Positions 30,408 through 39,523 of a stretch of 64,000 nucleotides of DNA are shown here, piece by piece. Each line of letters opens with the position of its first letter. Within the stretch, counting starts at the first letter, position 1. A program made the position numbers and the translations under genes. The DNA comes from Hyphomicrobiales bacterium (lineage in GTDB: Bacteria; Bacteroidota; Bacteroidia; Bacteroidales; JBGRPZ01). The notes below the pieces were generated by a model. That model was not told the DNA's origin. It saw only the letters and a program-made list of their open reading frames with translations, and made no database searches. The stretch is taken from positions 66,198 through 130,197 of the forward strand of contig JBGRPZ010000001.1 of NCBI GenBank assembly GCA_041725915.1, written 5' to 3'.

Positions 30408-31263
30408 ATAATTCCTTTAAACAATTATCTAAGCTATTAGTCCAATGTGGTATGAGTTGATGAAATCTTTCTTTGAACTTTCTTTTATTCAGGACAGAAT
30501 ATGCTGGCCTTTTGGCCTTAGTAGGATATTCTTCAGATAAAACAGGTATAACACTACAATTAGTATTCGTCTTTTTTATAATATGATATGCGAAATCATA
30601 CCAGCTGGCTACCCCTTCATTGGAATAATTGTATATCTCCGTTTGTTTGGAGAAATCTTTGCTGGATATTATTTTAACTATACTTTCAGCCAAATCATGA
30701 GCCCATGTAGGTGTTCCTGTTTGATCAAATACAACTCTCAAAGTATCTCTTTCTTTTGATAAGTTGTAAATTGTTTTTGCAAAGTTATGCCCATAAGATG
30801 AATATAACCATGATGTTCTGAAAATATAAGCGGGAATGTCTTGTGCGATAATCTCCTTTTCTCCATTCAATTTAGTTTCACCATATATAGTTGAAGGGTT
30901 CGTAGTGTCGTCTTCAGTATATGGAATATTCGAACTTCCATTGAATACATAATCAGTAGAAATGTGTATCAGAAATATGTTATGTTGTTTAGATATAGAA
31001 GCAAGATTCTTACATGCAGTTGTATTTGCTTTATAAGCTTGCTCTTTCTCATCTTCTGCCTTATCTACGTTTGTATAAGCAGCACAATTGATGATTACAT
31101 CAACCTTATTATTATCGATATAACTTGCGATATCCTTATACTCTGTAATGTCTAATGTGTCAACATCAGTAAAGGAGAAGGTGATTTCGTCTTTGGTTTT
31201 GGATATTTTATGTATTTCTTTTCCAAGTTGGCCGTTTGCTCCGGTAACTAATACTTTCATCAT
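30400..31263 (-). CDS. rfbD: dTDP-4-dehydrorhamnose reductase
   Basis: MMKVLVTGANGQLG Rossmann N-terminus and HISTDYVFNG motif. An alternative upstream ATG at 31278 would overlap the preceding gene by 8 nt. Confidence 0.88.
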   Translation of the reverse strand: MMKVLVTGANGQLGKEIHKISKTKDEITFSFTDVDTLDITEYKDIASYIDNNKVDVIINCAAYTNVDKAEDEKEQAYKANTTACKNLASISKQHNIFLIHISTDYVFNGSSNIPYTEDDTTNPSTIYGETKLNGEKEIIAQDIPAYIFRTSWLYSSYGHNFAKTIYNLSKERDTLRVVFDQTGTPTWAHDLAESIVKIISSKDFSKQTEIYNYSNEGVASWYDFAYHIIKKTNTNCSVIPVLSEEYPTKAKRPAYSVLNKRKFKERFHQLIPHWTNSLDNCLKELYE

Positions 31264-31270
31264 ATTTGTA

Positions 31271-32209
31271 TCAGTCAATTATATGTTTGAAATATTCGAT
31301 TGTTTTGTCAAGTCCTTGTTCTAACTGAATATGTGGTTCCCAGTTAAGCTTTTGTTTTGCTTTTGTGATGTCTGGTTGTCTTTGCATAGGATCATCTGTA
31401 GGTAGAGGTTTGAAAACAAGCTTTGATTTTGAACCAGTTTGCTTGATGACTTTCTCTGCAAGCTCCAGAATAGAGAACTCATTTGGGTTGCCTATGTTTA
31501 TTGGTCCGATGTAATCATCAGTAGTATTCATCATTCTTATCATTCCTTCTACAAGATCATCTACATATTGAAAGCTTCGAGTTTGATCGCCTTTTCCATA
31601 TATGGTGATATCTTTATTTTGGAGTGCTTGCATTATAAAATTGGATACTACTCTACCGTCATTAGGATGCATTCTGGGACCATAGGTGTTGAATATTCGT
31701 ATGATTTTTATCCTTACATCGTTTTGTTTGTGATAGTCGTAAAATAATGTTTCTGCACATCTCTTCCCTTCATCATAACAAGACCTTTCACCTATAGGAT
31801 TTACATGTCCCCAGTAAGCTTCATTTTGTGGATGTACTTGTGGGTCTCCATATACTTCACTTGTAGAAGCTTGAAGGATCTTTGCTTTTATACGCTTAGC
31901 AAGTCCCAACATATTAATAGCACCCATGACTGATGTCTTTATCGTTTTTATTGGGTTATATTGATAGTGTATAGGACTAGCAGGGCAAGCAAGATTATAA
32001 ATCTCATCTACTTCAATAAAGAATGGCATCGTTACATCATGCCTTATAAGCTCGAAATATGGATTTGAAAGAAGGTGAACGATGTTTTTCTTCTGACCAG
32101 TAAAATAGTTGTCTAAGCAGATGACTTCATTACCTTCATTAAGTAATCTTTCACAGAGATGAGAACCAACAAATCCAGCTCCTCCAGTTACTAGTATTTT
32201 TTTGCTCAT
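31271..32209 (-). CDS. UDP-glucuronate decarboxylase (UDP-xylose synthase)
   Basis: [35 protein letters not shown] and catalytic YDEGKR. Full-length resemblance to UXS-type SDR enzymes. Confidence 0.88.
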   Translation of the reverse strand: MSKKILVTGGAGFVGSHLCERLLNEGNEVICLDNYFTGQKKNIVHLLSNPYFELIRHDVTMPFFIEVDEIYNLACPASPIHYQYNPIKTIKTSVMGAINMLGLAKRIKAKILQASTSEVYGDPQVHPQNEAYWGHVNPIGERSCYDEGKRCAETLFYDYHKQNDVRIKIIRIFNTYGPRMHPNDGRVVSNFIMQALQNKDITIYGKGDQTRSFQYVDDLVEGMIRMMNTTDDYIGPINIGNPNEFSILELAEKVIKQTGSKSKLVFKPLPTDDPMQRQPDITKAKQKLNWEPHIQLEQGLDKTIEYFKHIID

Positions 32210-32305
32210 TTGGATAAGTAAATGAATATTATGATAAAGAGTTTGTACTGTTGGCAGTAAAATTAAGTAAAAATTTACTTTTAGGATGAATAGGGGTGTA
32301 GATAT

Positions 32306-32334
32306 AAAAAAAAAGCTGCATTCTTGCAGCTTTT
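32306..32334 (-). terminator. Terminator downstream of the tRNA-Lys pair
   Basis: On the minus strand: AGCTGCA-AGAA-TGCAGCT followed by a T-run of 9. Confidence 0.75.
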
Positions 32335-32336
32335 AG

Positions 32337-32409
32337 TGATTGATCGGGGGCTCGAACCCCGGACCCTCTGCTTAAAAGGCAGATGCTCTACCAGCTGAGC
32401 TAATCAATC
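32337..32409 (-). tRNA. tRNA-Lys (anticodon UUU), copy 1
   Basis: GATTGATTAGCTCAGCTGGTAGAGCATCTGCCTTTTAAGCAGAGGGTCCGGGGTTCGAGCCCCCGATCAATCA. Canonical cloverleaf with anticodon loop CTTTTAA. Confidence 0.92.
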
Positions 32410-32423
32410 AAAAAGAAAAAAAG

Positions 32424-32496
32424 TGATTGATCGGGGGCTCGAACCCCGGACCCTCTGCTTAAAAGGCAGATGCTCTACCAGCTGAGCTAATCAATC
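32424..32496 (-). tRNA. tRNA-Lys (anticodon UUU), copy 2
   Basis: Sequence identical to copy 1, 87 nt away, separated by an A-rich spacer. Confidence 0.92.
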
Positions 32497-32568
32497 AACA
32501 ATTGCGGTGCAAAAGTATTGAATTTTTTTTTCCTTGCAAGCAATTTAAGCCTTTTTTTTAGAAAAAAA

Positions 32569-33183
32569 TTAAATGTTTATTTCACCTTTTCCTTCTCGGA
32601 TAAGTTGAATTTCGTGGTTTGTGCAGTCTATTATCGTGGAAGCCAGATTGTCACCGTAACCACCATGTACGATAATGTCTGCAAAATTCTCATACTTCTC
32701 ATAGATTAATTCTGGATCGGTAATGTACTCTAAAATGTCATCTTCATTCCGGATAGAAGTAGACATTATAGGGTTTCCTAATTCCTTTATTATATTTAGT
32801 GCAATATTATTATCAGGAATTCGAATTCCTATTGTCTTTTTCTTACTTTGAAAGATTTTAGGGATGTTATTATTTGCATCTAGAATAAAAGTATAAGGCC
32901 CAGGCAGGCATTTTTTCATGAGTTTATAAACATCATTTGATATTGGACGTGTATAATCTGACAATTGACTTAGATCAGAGAACAGAAAAGAAAAGTTTGC
33001 TTTTTCTTTTTTAACACCTTTAAGTTTGGCTATTTTGTCTACAGCTTTACTTTTTTTAATATTACAAGTTGCTGCATATATAGTATCTGTAGGTAAAATG
33101 ACAACACCTCCATCTAATAAGCATTCTACGACTGTTTTTAGATGTCTTGGATCAGGTGTTTCTGGATGTATTTTTAATAGCAT
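32569..33183 (-). CDS. tsaC: L-threonylcarbamoyladenylate synthase (YrdC/TsaC family)
   Basis: 204 aa. VILPTDTIYAATC and KGR-like motifs typical of YrdC-domain proteins. Confidence 0.8.
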   Translation of the reverse strand: MLLKIHPETPDPRHLKTVVECLLDGGVVILPTDTIYAATCNIKKSKAVDKIAKLKGVKKEKANFSFLFSDLSQLSDYTRPISNDVYKLMKKCLPGPYTFILDANNNIPKIFQSKKKTIGIRIPDNNIALNIIKELGNPIMSTSIRNEDDILEYITDPELIYEKYENFADIIVHGGYGDNLASTIIDCTNHEIQLIREGKGEINI

Positions 33184-33446
33184 GTTAAATTGTATTTAAT
33201 ATTAATTACAACGAAAATAAGGAATCAGTCCTATATTAAATGGAATTTAGATTGGTAAGTTAGCAAAGGTATATCTTTTTAGGTTGCCAGATATTATTGC
33301 TTTTAAGAATATTACTGATGATTTAAGAAAGAATAAAAAGAATAATATTATATATATCTTTAACCATTAAATTTATGTTGGGTATTCAGTGATAATAATG
33401 AATTAAACTTAATTATAAAATCATTTCTGTTTAATAATTTTATATT

Positions 33447-33989
33447 ATGGAAAACTTTGAATTTAACGAAAAAAGAAAAGGAACCTTCCAATACACTTCA
33501 CTCATAGGGATAATATTAGCTGCAATTTCAATAATCATCTTTTTATTGAATTATGACATCTTTGGAGTAGAAGGGAAGTTGATAGTGCTCAATTATCTGT
33601 TTACTATTGTGGCAATGGTCTTTGGTGCTCAATTTATTCGTAAGGAGTGTTATAATGGATATATGGATTATGGAAGATCTTTATGGACGACTTTTTCTAT
33701 CTCTTTATATTCTGTAATAATATTTTCAATATTCATGGCATTGTATATTTATTTTAATAAAGGCTATGCTCAAGATCTTTTGGTAGCAAAAGAGCAAGTG
33801 TTTTTGATGATAAACCCTAATGCAAGCTCTGCAGAATTAGATAAGGTGATGTCCTTATACAAGTCTCTACAGAATCCAGTATTATTGTTTTTCACTACAT
33901 TATTTAGTGAAGCCATTTCAGGTTTTATTATTGCTTTAATTGTTTCTATATTTGTCAAGAAAAAAGAACCAATTGGAGAAATTAAATAA
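33447..33989 (+). CDS. DUF4199-like multi-TM membrane protein
   Basis: 180 aa with four predicted TM helices. Its position immediately upstream of a GT2 gene mirrors the conserved Bacteroidota DUF4199/GT2 pair. The family call is inference. Confidence 0.55.
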   Translation: MENFEFNEKRKGTFQYTSLIGIILAAISIIIFLLNYDIFGVEGKLIVLNYLFTIVAMVFGAQFIRKECYNGYMDYGRSLWTTFSISLYSVIIFSIFMALYIYFNKGYAQDLLVAKEQVFLMINPNASSAELDKVMSLYKSLQNPVLLFFTTLFSEAISGFIIALIVSIFVKKKEPIGEIK

Positions 33990-33993
33990 TAAG

Positions 33994-34947
33994 ATGGATA
34001 TTTCAGTCATAATTCCTTTGTTGGATGAAGAAGAGTCTTTACCAGAATTGAATGCTTGGATTTCAAAAGTGATGAAATCTAATAACTTTTCATATGAAGT
34101 GATATATGTTGATGATGGTAGTAAAGATAAGTCTTGGAAGATAATTTCGGATCTCTCAAATGAGATGGATGAGGTTAAAGGTATTAGATTCAAAAGGAAT
34201 TATGGAAAGTCTGCGGCATTAAATAAAGGATTTGAAATGTGTTCAGGTGATGTAGTGATTACAATGGATGCAGATTTACAAGATAGCCCTGATGAAATCC
34301 CTGAACTATATCGCTTGATTGCTAAAGAGGGATATGATTTGATTTCTGGTTGGAAGAAGAAAAGATATGATCCTTTGATGAAGACTCTACCATCAAAGTT
34401 CTTTAATTGGACAACAAGAAAGATGTCAGGAATAAAGTTGAATGATTTTAACTGTGGACTTAAGGCATATAAAAAGGATGTCGTAAAAAACATAGAGATC
34501 TATGGTGAAATGCATAGATATATTCCTGTTATTGCTAAGTTTTCAGGATTTCCTGTAATTGGGGAGAAAGTTGTTCAACACAGAGAGCGTAAGTACGGAA
34601 TTACTAAGTTTGGTCTTGATAGATTTGTTAAGGGATATTTAGATCTTATTTCCATTAACTTTATGATGAAGTTTGGAAAACGTCCAATGCACTTTTTTGG
34701 CAGTATGGGATCTGTTATCTTCTTGATTGGTTTTGTTATCGGAATCTATTTGACTATTGATAAACTCTTCTTTGATGCTTATAGAATTGCAGAAAGACCT
34801 TTGTTCTTCTTAGGTATACTTGCAATGATTCTAGGTAGTCAGTTGTTTTTAACTGGTTTTCTTGCTGAGATGATCTCTCGAAATTCCAGTGATCGAAATA
34901 AATACTTGATTAGTGAGTTTAGGAATCTAGATAAACAAGATAAGTAG
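33994..34947 (+). CDS. Family 2 glycosyltransferase (polyprenol-phosphate sugar transferase-like)
   Basis: MDISVIIPLLDEEESL, YVDDGSKD, DxD motif TMDADLQD, and two C-terminal TM helices. ATG 33994 is preferred; the ORF-track start 33940 overlaps the upstream gene. Confidence 0.88.
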   Translation: MDISVIIPLLDEEESLPELNAWISKVMKSNNFSYEVIYVDDGSKDKSWKIISDLSNEMDEVKGIRFKRNYGKSAALNKGFEMCSGDVVITMDADLQDSPDEIPELYRLIAKEGYDLISGWKKKRYDPLMKTLPSKFFNWTTRKMSGIKLNDFNCGLKAYKKDVVKNIEIYGEMHRYIPVIAKFSGFPVIGEKVVQHRERKYGITKFGLDRFVKGYLDLISINFMMKFGKRPMHFFGSMGSVIFLIGFVIGIYLTIDKLFFDAYRIAERPLFFLGILAMILGSQLFLTGFLAEMISRNSSDRNKYLISEFRNLDKQDK

Positions 34948-34970
34948 ATTATTAAGAAACTATATATATT

Positions 34971-35005
34971 AGGAGTGTTCTTTAAAAAGAATGCTCCTTT
35001 CTTAA
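34971..35005 (+). terminator. Putative terminator after the GT2 gene
   Basis: 11-bp stem aggagtgttct / agaatgctcct (two G:U pairs) followed by TTCTT. Confidence 0.5.
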
Positions 35006-35111
35006 TTATTATTTGCGATATTTGGTTTGTTGAGGTGATAAAAAAGCCGTCATTTGTGTTAATCGGGGTAATTTGATTTAACTCTTTAGCCTAAGTAACT
35101 CTATCAAATAA

Positions 35112-36386
35112 ATGTTTATGCGTAGAATTGTTTGTTTTGGACCTGGTCCAATGTTTAAGGGTGGTATTGCTAATTATAATACTTCTTTAGCTAAAACTCT
35201 GGATAAAATATCAGAATGTGAAGTATATATTGTTTCATGGACTCAACAGTATCCTGCTATTATTCCTCGTGATTTTATTGATAGAAGCAGTTATTCTGAC
35301 CAACTTGAGGGTACTAATATAAAAGTAAAGTATATAACAAATTATAACAATCCATTTTCATGGATAAAGACTTGTAAGTATATAAAGTCTTTAAATCCTG
35401 AAAAGATTATATTTCAATGGAGTTTGGCTATTCAAGGGCCTCCTATGGGTTATATAGCTTCCTGGCTTAGAAAGAATACCGCTTCAGAAATAGTTTTTGA
35501 CTTGCATTTTGTTGCTCAAAAAGAAGTATCTGCATTAGATAGAAAGCTCTTGAGGATAGGAATAAAGAATGCTGATACTTATATAGTCCATTCAAAGCAA
35601 ACTTCCAAAGAGTTAATAGAATTCTTCCCTAATAGAAAGTTTGAAGTAGTCGAAGGTTGTCAAAAGACAAATGGTACTGGTATAAAGATTATACAGCTAT
35701 ATCATCCCGTATATGATATGTTTGAGTATCATTCTGATTTTAATGTTGACGCTTTCAAGGAAAGTTTAAACCTGAAGAAACATGTCTTTTTATTCTTTGG
35801 ATTTATAAGAAAGTATAAAGGTCTTCATAATTTGATTGAATCTTTCGCAAAGCTTTCTGAGAGAAGAGATGATGTGTCTTTGTTGATTGTAGGGGAGTCC
35901 TTTTGGCATACTCTTGATAAAAAGAAGTTAAGCACAAAGATTAAGAATGGGATCTTTTCTTTTGCAAAGAGCTTGTTTCTGAAAAAAACTGATGATGAAA
36001 GGGAATATAGACCCCTTGATCTTATTAAGAAGTTTGGAATAGAAGATAAAACCGCAGTTGTAAATACTTTCGTCGCGAATGAAGATGTTCACAAGTATTT
36101 TCAGTCTAGTGATAGTTTGGTTCTGTTTTATGATAAAGCTTCTCCTTCTGGCGTTGGGTCTATAGCATATAATTTCAAAATGCCTTTGTTGGTTAGTGAG
36201 ATTGAGCATCTGGAAGAGATGGTAGAAGATGGATTTAATGGATATGTTGCAAATCCTAAAGATATTGAAGATATGGTCAATGTTCTTGAGAAATCAATAG
36301 AACAGCCTATAAATAAAGATAATGTTCAGATTGTGAAAGATCGGTTGAGTTGGGAAAATTATGCTAACTCTATACTTATTGAATAA
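35112..36386 (+). CDS. Family 4-like (GT-B fold) glycosyltransferase
   Basis: 424 aa. C-terminal half has FLFFGFIRKYKG, LLIVGE and EDGFNGYV, which is a GT-B/GT4-type pattern. Confidence 0.75.
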   Translation: MFMRRIVCFGPGPMFKGGIANYNTSLAKTLDKISECEVYIVSWTQQYPAIIPRDFIDRSSYSDQLEGTNIKVKYITNYNNPFSWIKTCKYIKSLNPEKIIFQWSLAIQGPPMGYIASWLRKNTASEIVFDLHFVAQKEVSALDRKLLRIGIKNADTYIVHSKQTSKELIEFFPNRKFEVVEGCQKTNGTGIKIIQLYHPVYDMFEYHSDFNVDAFKESLNLKKHVFLFFGFIRKYKGLHNLIESFAKLSERRDDVSLLIVGESFWHTLDKKKLSTKIKNGIFSFAKSLFLKKTDDEREYRPLDLIKKFGIEDKTAVVNTFVANEDVHKYFQSSDSLVLFYDKASPSGVGSIAYNFKMPLLVSEIEHLEEMVEDGFNGYVANPKDIEDMVNVLEKSIEQPINKDNVQIVKDRLSWENYANSILIE

Positions 36387-36410
36387 TAATCTGATCTTGA
36401 AAAGGTAATC

Positions 36411-36438
36411 TAAGCAGCTTTTATAGCTGCTTTTTTTA
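36411..36438 (+). terminator. Terminator after the GT4 gene
   Basis: GCAGCT-TTTAT-AGCTGC followed by TTTTTTTA. Confidence 0.7.
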
Positions 36439-36461
36439 TTTATCATTTTATAGAATAAATT

Positions 36462-36540
36462 CCCTCGGGCTTAAAATGAAAAACAAGCCCGACAAAAGTA
36501 ATTTTAAGCCCGTGCTTTTTAATTCTCTCGGGCTTGTTTT
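36462..36540. repeat. Four GCCCG-core motifs at exact 21-bp spacing, in orientation + - - +
   Basis: ctcgggcttaaaa (core centre 36468), aagcccgacaaaag (36489), ttaagcccgtg (36510), ctcgggcttg (36531). Same motif family as 8839-8920. Confidence 0.85.
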
Positions 36541-36686
36541 TTCTTTCATAAAAAGAGAAGTTGTTAACTAAACTTTTTATAGTACAAATGCTCTTTATTT
36601 TAATAAAGATCAATATTCTTTTATAACTTTATATATCAATACCTTCCAATACTCCCAATTTATAGAAATCCATTTAACCTTAACTC

Positions 36687-38024
36687 ATGGTAGAGCTTGA
36701 TAAAAAGTTTGTAAGACTTAGATGGCCTGTGTTAATTATGATTTGTTTGGCTTCTTTTGGTATGTTATATTTTTTATCTCTTTTATATCCATTGAAAGAG
36801 ACTTTAATAGAAGAATTTTCATTTACAAATTACGATTTTGGTTTTGTTTTTTCTGTCTATGCTATTCCTAGCATATTTCTATTGATGGGAATATTTGCAG
36901 GGATTTTGATTGATCGTTTTGGAGCAAGAATAACAGGGTTTGTCTTTTCTGTATTGTTGATTATAGGAGTGTTGATTATAGTGTATGCGACTACTGAATT
37001 CTTCAATAAAGGAGGTCCTTTTTATAGTATTTTTGATTCTTTTTGGCAGGAATGTTCACCCGCAGCAAAGCTGATGGCTGTAGGATTGTTCTTTTTTGGT
37101 ATGGGAGGAGAATCATTGTTCTTGGTGATGACACGATTGATTATTAATTGGTTTAAAGGTAGAGAGATTGCGTTAGCATTTGCTCTTAGTTATACATTTG
37201 GTAAGCTAGGTTCATCGGCAGGAATAGCATTAACTCCAATCTTAAAGAATGCTATCAATTGGCAATTTTCCTTATATGTTGGATTAGTGGTTTTCTTATT
37301 TACAATTCTAGCTTTTAATCTTTTATTTATCCTTAAGAAATTCAATCCTAAGATAGATAATGAGTCAGAAGATACTCCATTTAAGATTAAAGATTTACGA
37401 CATTTAATAAAAGCCCCAATATTTATCATATTCATATTGGTAGCTGTAGCCTTTTATGCTGCTTATGATCCGTTGATAGTTTTTGGATCAGATTTATTGA
37501 AGAATGAGTATCTATTATCACTAGAGCAAAGTACTCAGGAGATTTCATTCTTATTGATATTGACGGCCTTATTTTCTCCGGTTTTTGGATACCTTGTTGA
37601 TAAGAAAGGTTTAGGTTATCTGTTTTTGATAATTGGTAGTTTTCTTCTTTTGATAGTATTTACACTTTTATTGCTAGATGTTGCTTACCCTACAGTTTTA
37701 ATGTTTATTGCTGGCTTAGCATTATCATTGTTTGCATCTTCGATTTATCCAGTGATAGCATCTTCAGTAGATAAACGTATTTCAGGAACTGCATTTGGAG
37801 TGATTTCTTCTGCTGAGAATTTAGGTTCATGGGTAGCTACATTAAGTATAGGTTATTTAATAGAGATATTTAATCCGAAGATAGGGATGCAGATGGATCA
37901 GTTAAAGATGATGACCTATGATTATTCATCAGTAGAAATTTTGATAATAGGCTTTATGGCTTTGTGTGTATTATTTTCTATTCTCATTTATAGAAATAGG
38001 TCGAAAAAAGTAGAACTGAAATAA
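36687..38024 (+). CDS. MFS transporter (paralog 1)
   Basis: 445 aa with about 12 TM helices. Clear paralogy with the next gene (YDFGFVFSVYAIPS...DRFGARIT...FNKGGPFYSIFDSFWQECSPAAKLMAVG). Confidence 0.8.
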   Translation: MVELDKKFVRLRWPVLIMICLASFGMLYFLSLLYPLKETLIEEFSFTNYDFGFVFSVYAIPSIFLLMGIFAGILIDRFGARITGFVFSVLLIIGVLIIVYATTEFFNKGGPFYSIFDSFWQECSPAAKLMAVGLFFFGMGGESLFLVMTRLIINWFKGREIALAFALSYTFGKLGSSAGIALTPILKNAINWQFSLYVGLVVFLFTILAFNLLFILKKFNPKIDNESEDTPFKIKDLRHLIKAPIFIIFILVAVAFYAAYDPLIVFGSDLLKNEYLLSLEQSTQEISFLLILTALFSPVFGYLVDKKGLGYLFLIIGSFLLLIVFTLLLLDVAYPTVLMFIAGLALSLFASSIYPVIASSVDKRISGTAFGVISSAENLGSWVATLSIGYLIEIFNPKIGMQMDQLKMMTYDYSSVEILIIGFMALCVLFSILIYRNRSKKVELK

Positions 38025-38036
38025 GATAATATTGAT

Positions 38037-39380
38037 ATGGAAAAATCAATTATATCATCCAGAGTCCAGATACAAGCACGTTGGCTAGTGCTTATAATGA
38101 TGGGCGGAGTGATTATATTAATGTCCTATTTTGTCAACTCTATATCTCCTTTAAAAGAAGAGTTAAATGAATATTTGATGGCCAATTCATATGATTTTAG
38201 TTTTATAGTGGCTTCATATTCATTGCCTAGTTTGGTTTTTCTAATGGGTTTCTTTGGGGGTATGTTTCTTGATAGATTTGATTTGAAGATTACCATTATA
38301 TTGTTTGGTAGTATTATGCTTATAGGGGCATTTGTAGCAGCATATGCATTGACAGAGCATTTTAATGATGGAGGAGTTGTATATAATTTCTTTAATTCCT
38401 TTTGGAGTTCATGTGGGCCAGCAGTAAAGTTGATGGCATTAGGTTTCTTTATTTTTGGAATAGGAACTCAGGCGATAAGAGTTAGTGTTACAAAGATTAT
38501 TTCATTCTGGTTTGATAAGCATGAGATCTCTACAGCCTTAGCATTAAGGTCAATATTCACGAAAGTAGGAATAGCAATAGCTTTGATCATAAGTCCTATA
38601 GTGTTTGATATTGCAGAATGGCAATTACCATTATGGTTTGGTTTTGGTGTTACTTTTCTTTCAGTGCTTTTATTGATTTATTATTTGGTTTTTAAAGCCA
38701 AGAGAGACATGCCAGTTAGCTTAAAGAAGTCAAAGAAGAAGTTTAAGTTTAAAGATATTGGTAAGCTGTTTAAATCAACTTCCTTCTTATTGATTTTCTT
38801 TGGGCAGTTATTATTTAGTGCGACAGTATCTACATTTACCATATTTGGAGCGGATCTTATGCAACATCATTTTGATGTTAGTGTGATAAATAGTGGTACA
38901 TATGTTTCTATATTTCTTCTTAGCATTGCAATACTTGCTCCTTTATTGGCTTTTTATCTGGATAAAAGAAAGAGTGTAGGAAAGTTTTTAATTCATGGAT
39001 CTTTAGTGATCTTCTTTAGCTTTATTATTCTATTCTTTAAATTAGTACATCCGATATTTTCTTTATTTCTGATAGCACTAGGTTGCGCTCTTTTATCAAG
39101 TTCAATGTTGCCAATTGTACCTAAAACTGTTGATTCAGAATATCAAGGTTCGGCTTTTGGAGCATTAAATACAGGTAGAAATATAGGAGTATGGTCAATT
39201 ACTTTGTTTATAGGCTTCTTGTTGAAGTATTTTAATCCTATGTCAGAATCGAGTGCAGAAGGAGATAAAGTATCTCTTGATTATTCTATGCCTATTCTAG
39301 GTTGGATAGTGTTGACTTTTATTTTATTTGTGATATCCTTCCTATTACATAGAGTTGTTAAGAAAAGAAAATTATCATAA
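38037..39380 (+). CDS. MFS transporter (paralog 2)
   Basis: 447 aa. Matching blocks YDFSFIVASYSLPS...DRFDLKIT...FNDGGVVYNFFNSFWSSCGPAVKLMALG. Confidence 0.8.
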   Translation: MEKSIISSRVQIQARWLVLIMMGGVIILMSYFVNSISPLKEELNEYLMANSYDFSFIVASYSLPSLVFLMGFFGGMFLDRFDLKITIILFGSIMLIGAFVAAYALTEHFNDGGVVYNFFNSFWSSCGPAVKLMALGFFIFGIGTQAIRVSVTKIISFWFDKHEISTALALRSIFTKVGIAIALIISPIVFDIAEWQLPLWFGFGVTFLSVLLLIYYLVFKAKRDMPVSLKKSKKKFKFKDIGKLFKSTSFLLIFFGQLLFSATVSTFTIFGADLMQHHFDVSVINSGTYVSIFLLSIAILAPLLAFYLDKRKSVGKFLIHGSLVIFFSFIILFFKLVHPIFSLFLIALGCALLSSSMLPIVPKTVDSEYQGSAFGALNTGRNIGVWSITLFIGFLLKYFNPMSESSAEGDKVSLDYSMPILGWIVLTFILFVISFLLHRVVKKRKLS

Positions 39381-39492
39381 GAATAATTTAGAGCCCACTA
39401 TTTTAAGTGCTGATTTGCATTTTATTTTGAATTAAAATAAGATATTCGATACTCGGTTTTAACTAAAGTTGTTATAATAAATGTAAATCTCC

Positions 39493-39500
39493 TATTTTTG
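39493..39500 (+). promoter_or_regulatory. Candidate -7 promoter box (TAnnTTTG) upstream of gmhA
   Basis: TATTTTTG, 24 nt before the ATG at 39524. No clean -33 element was seen. Confidence 0.3.
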
Positions 39501-39523
39501 CTAAAACTATTTTGAAGATCAAG

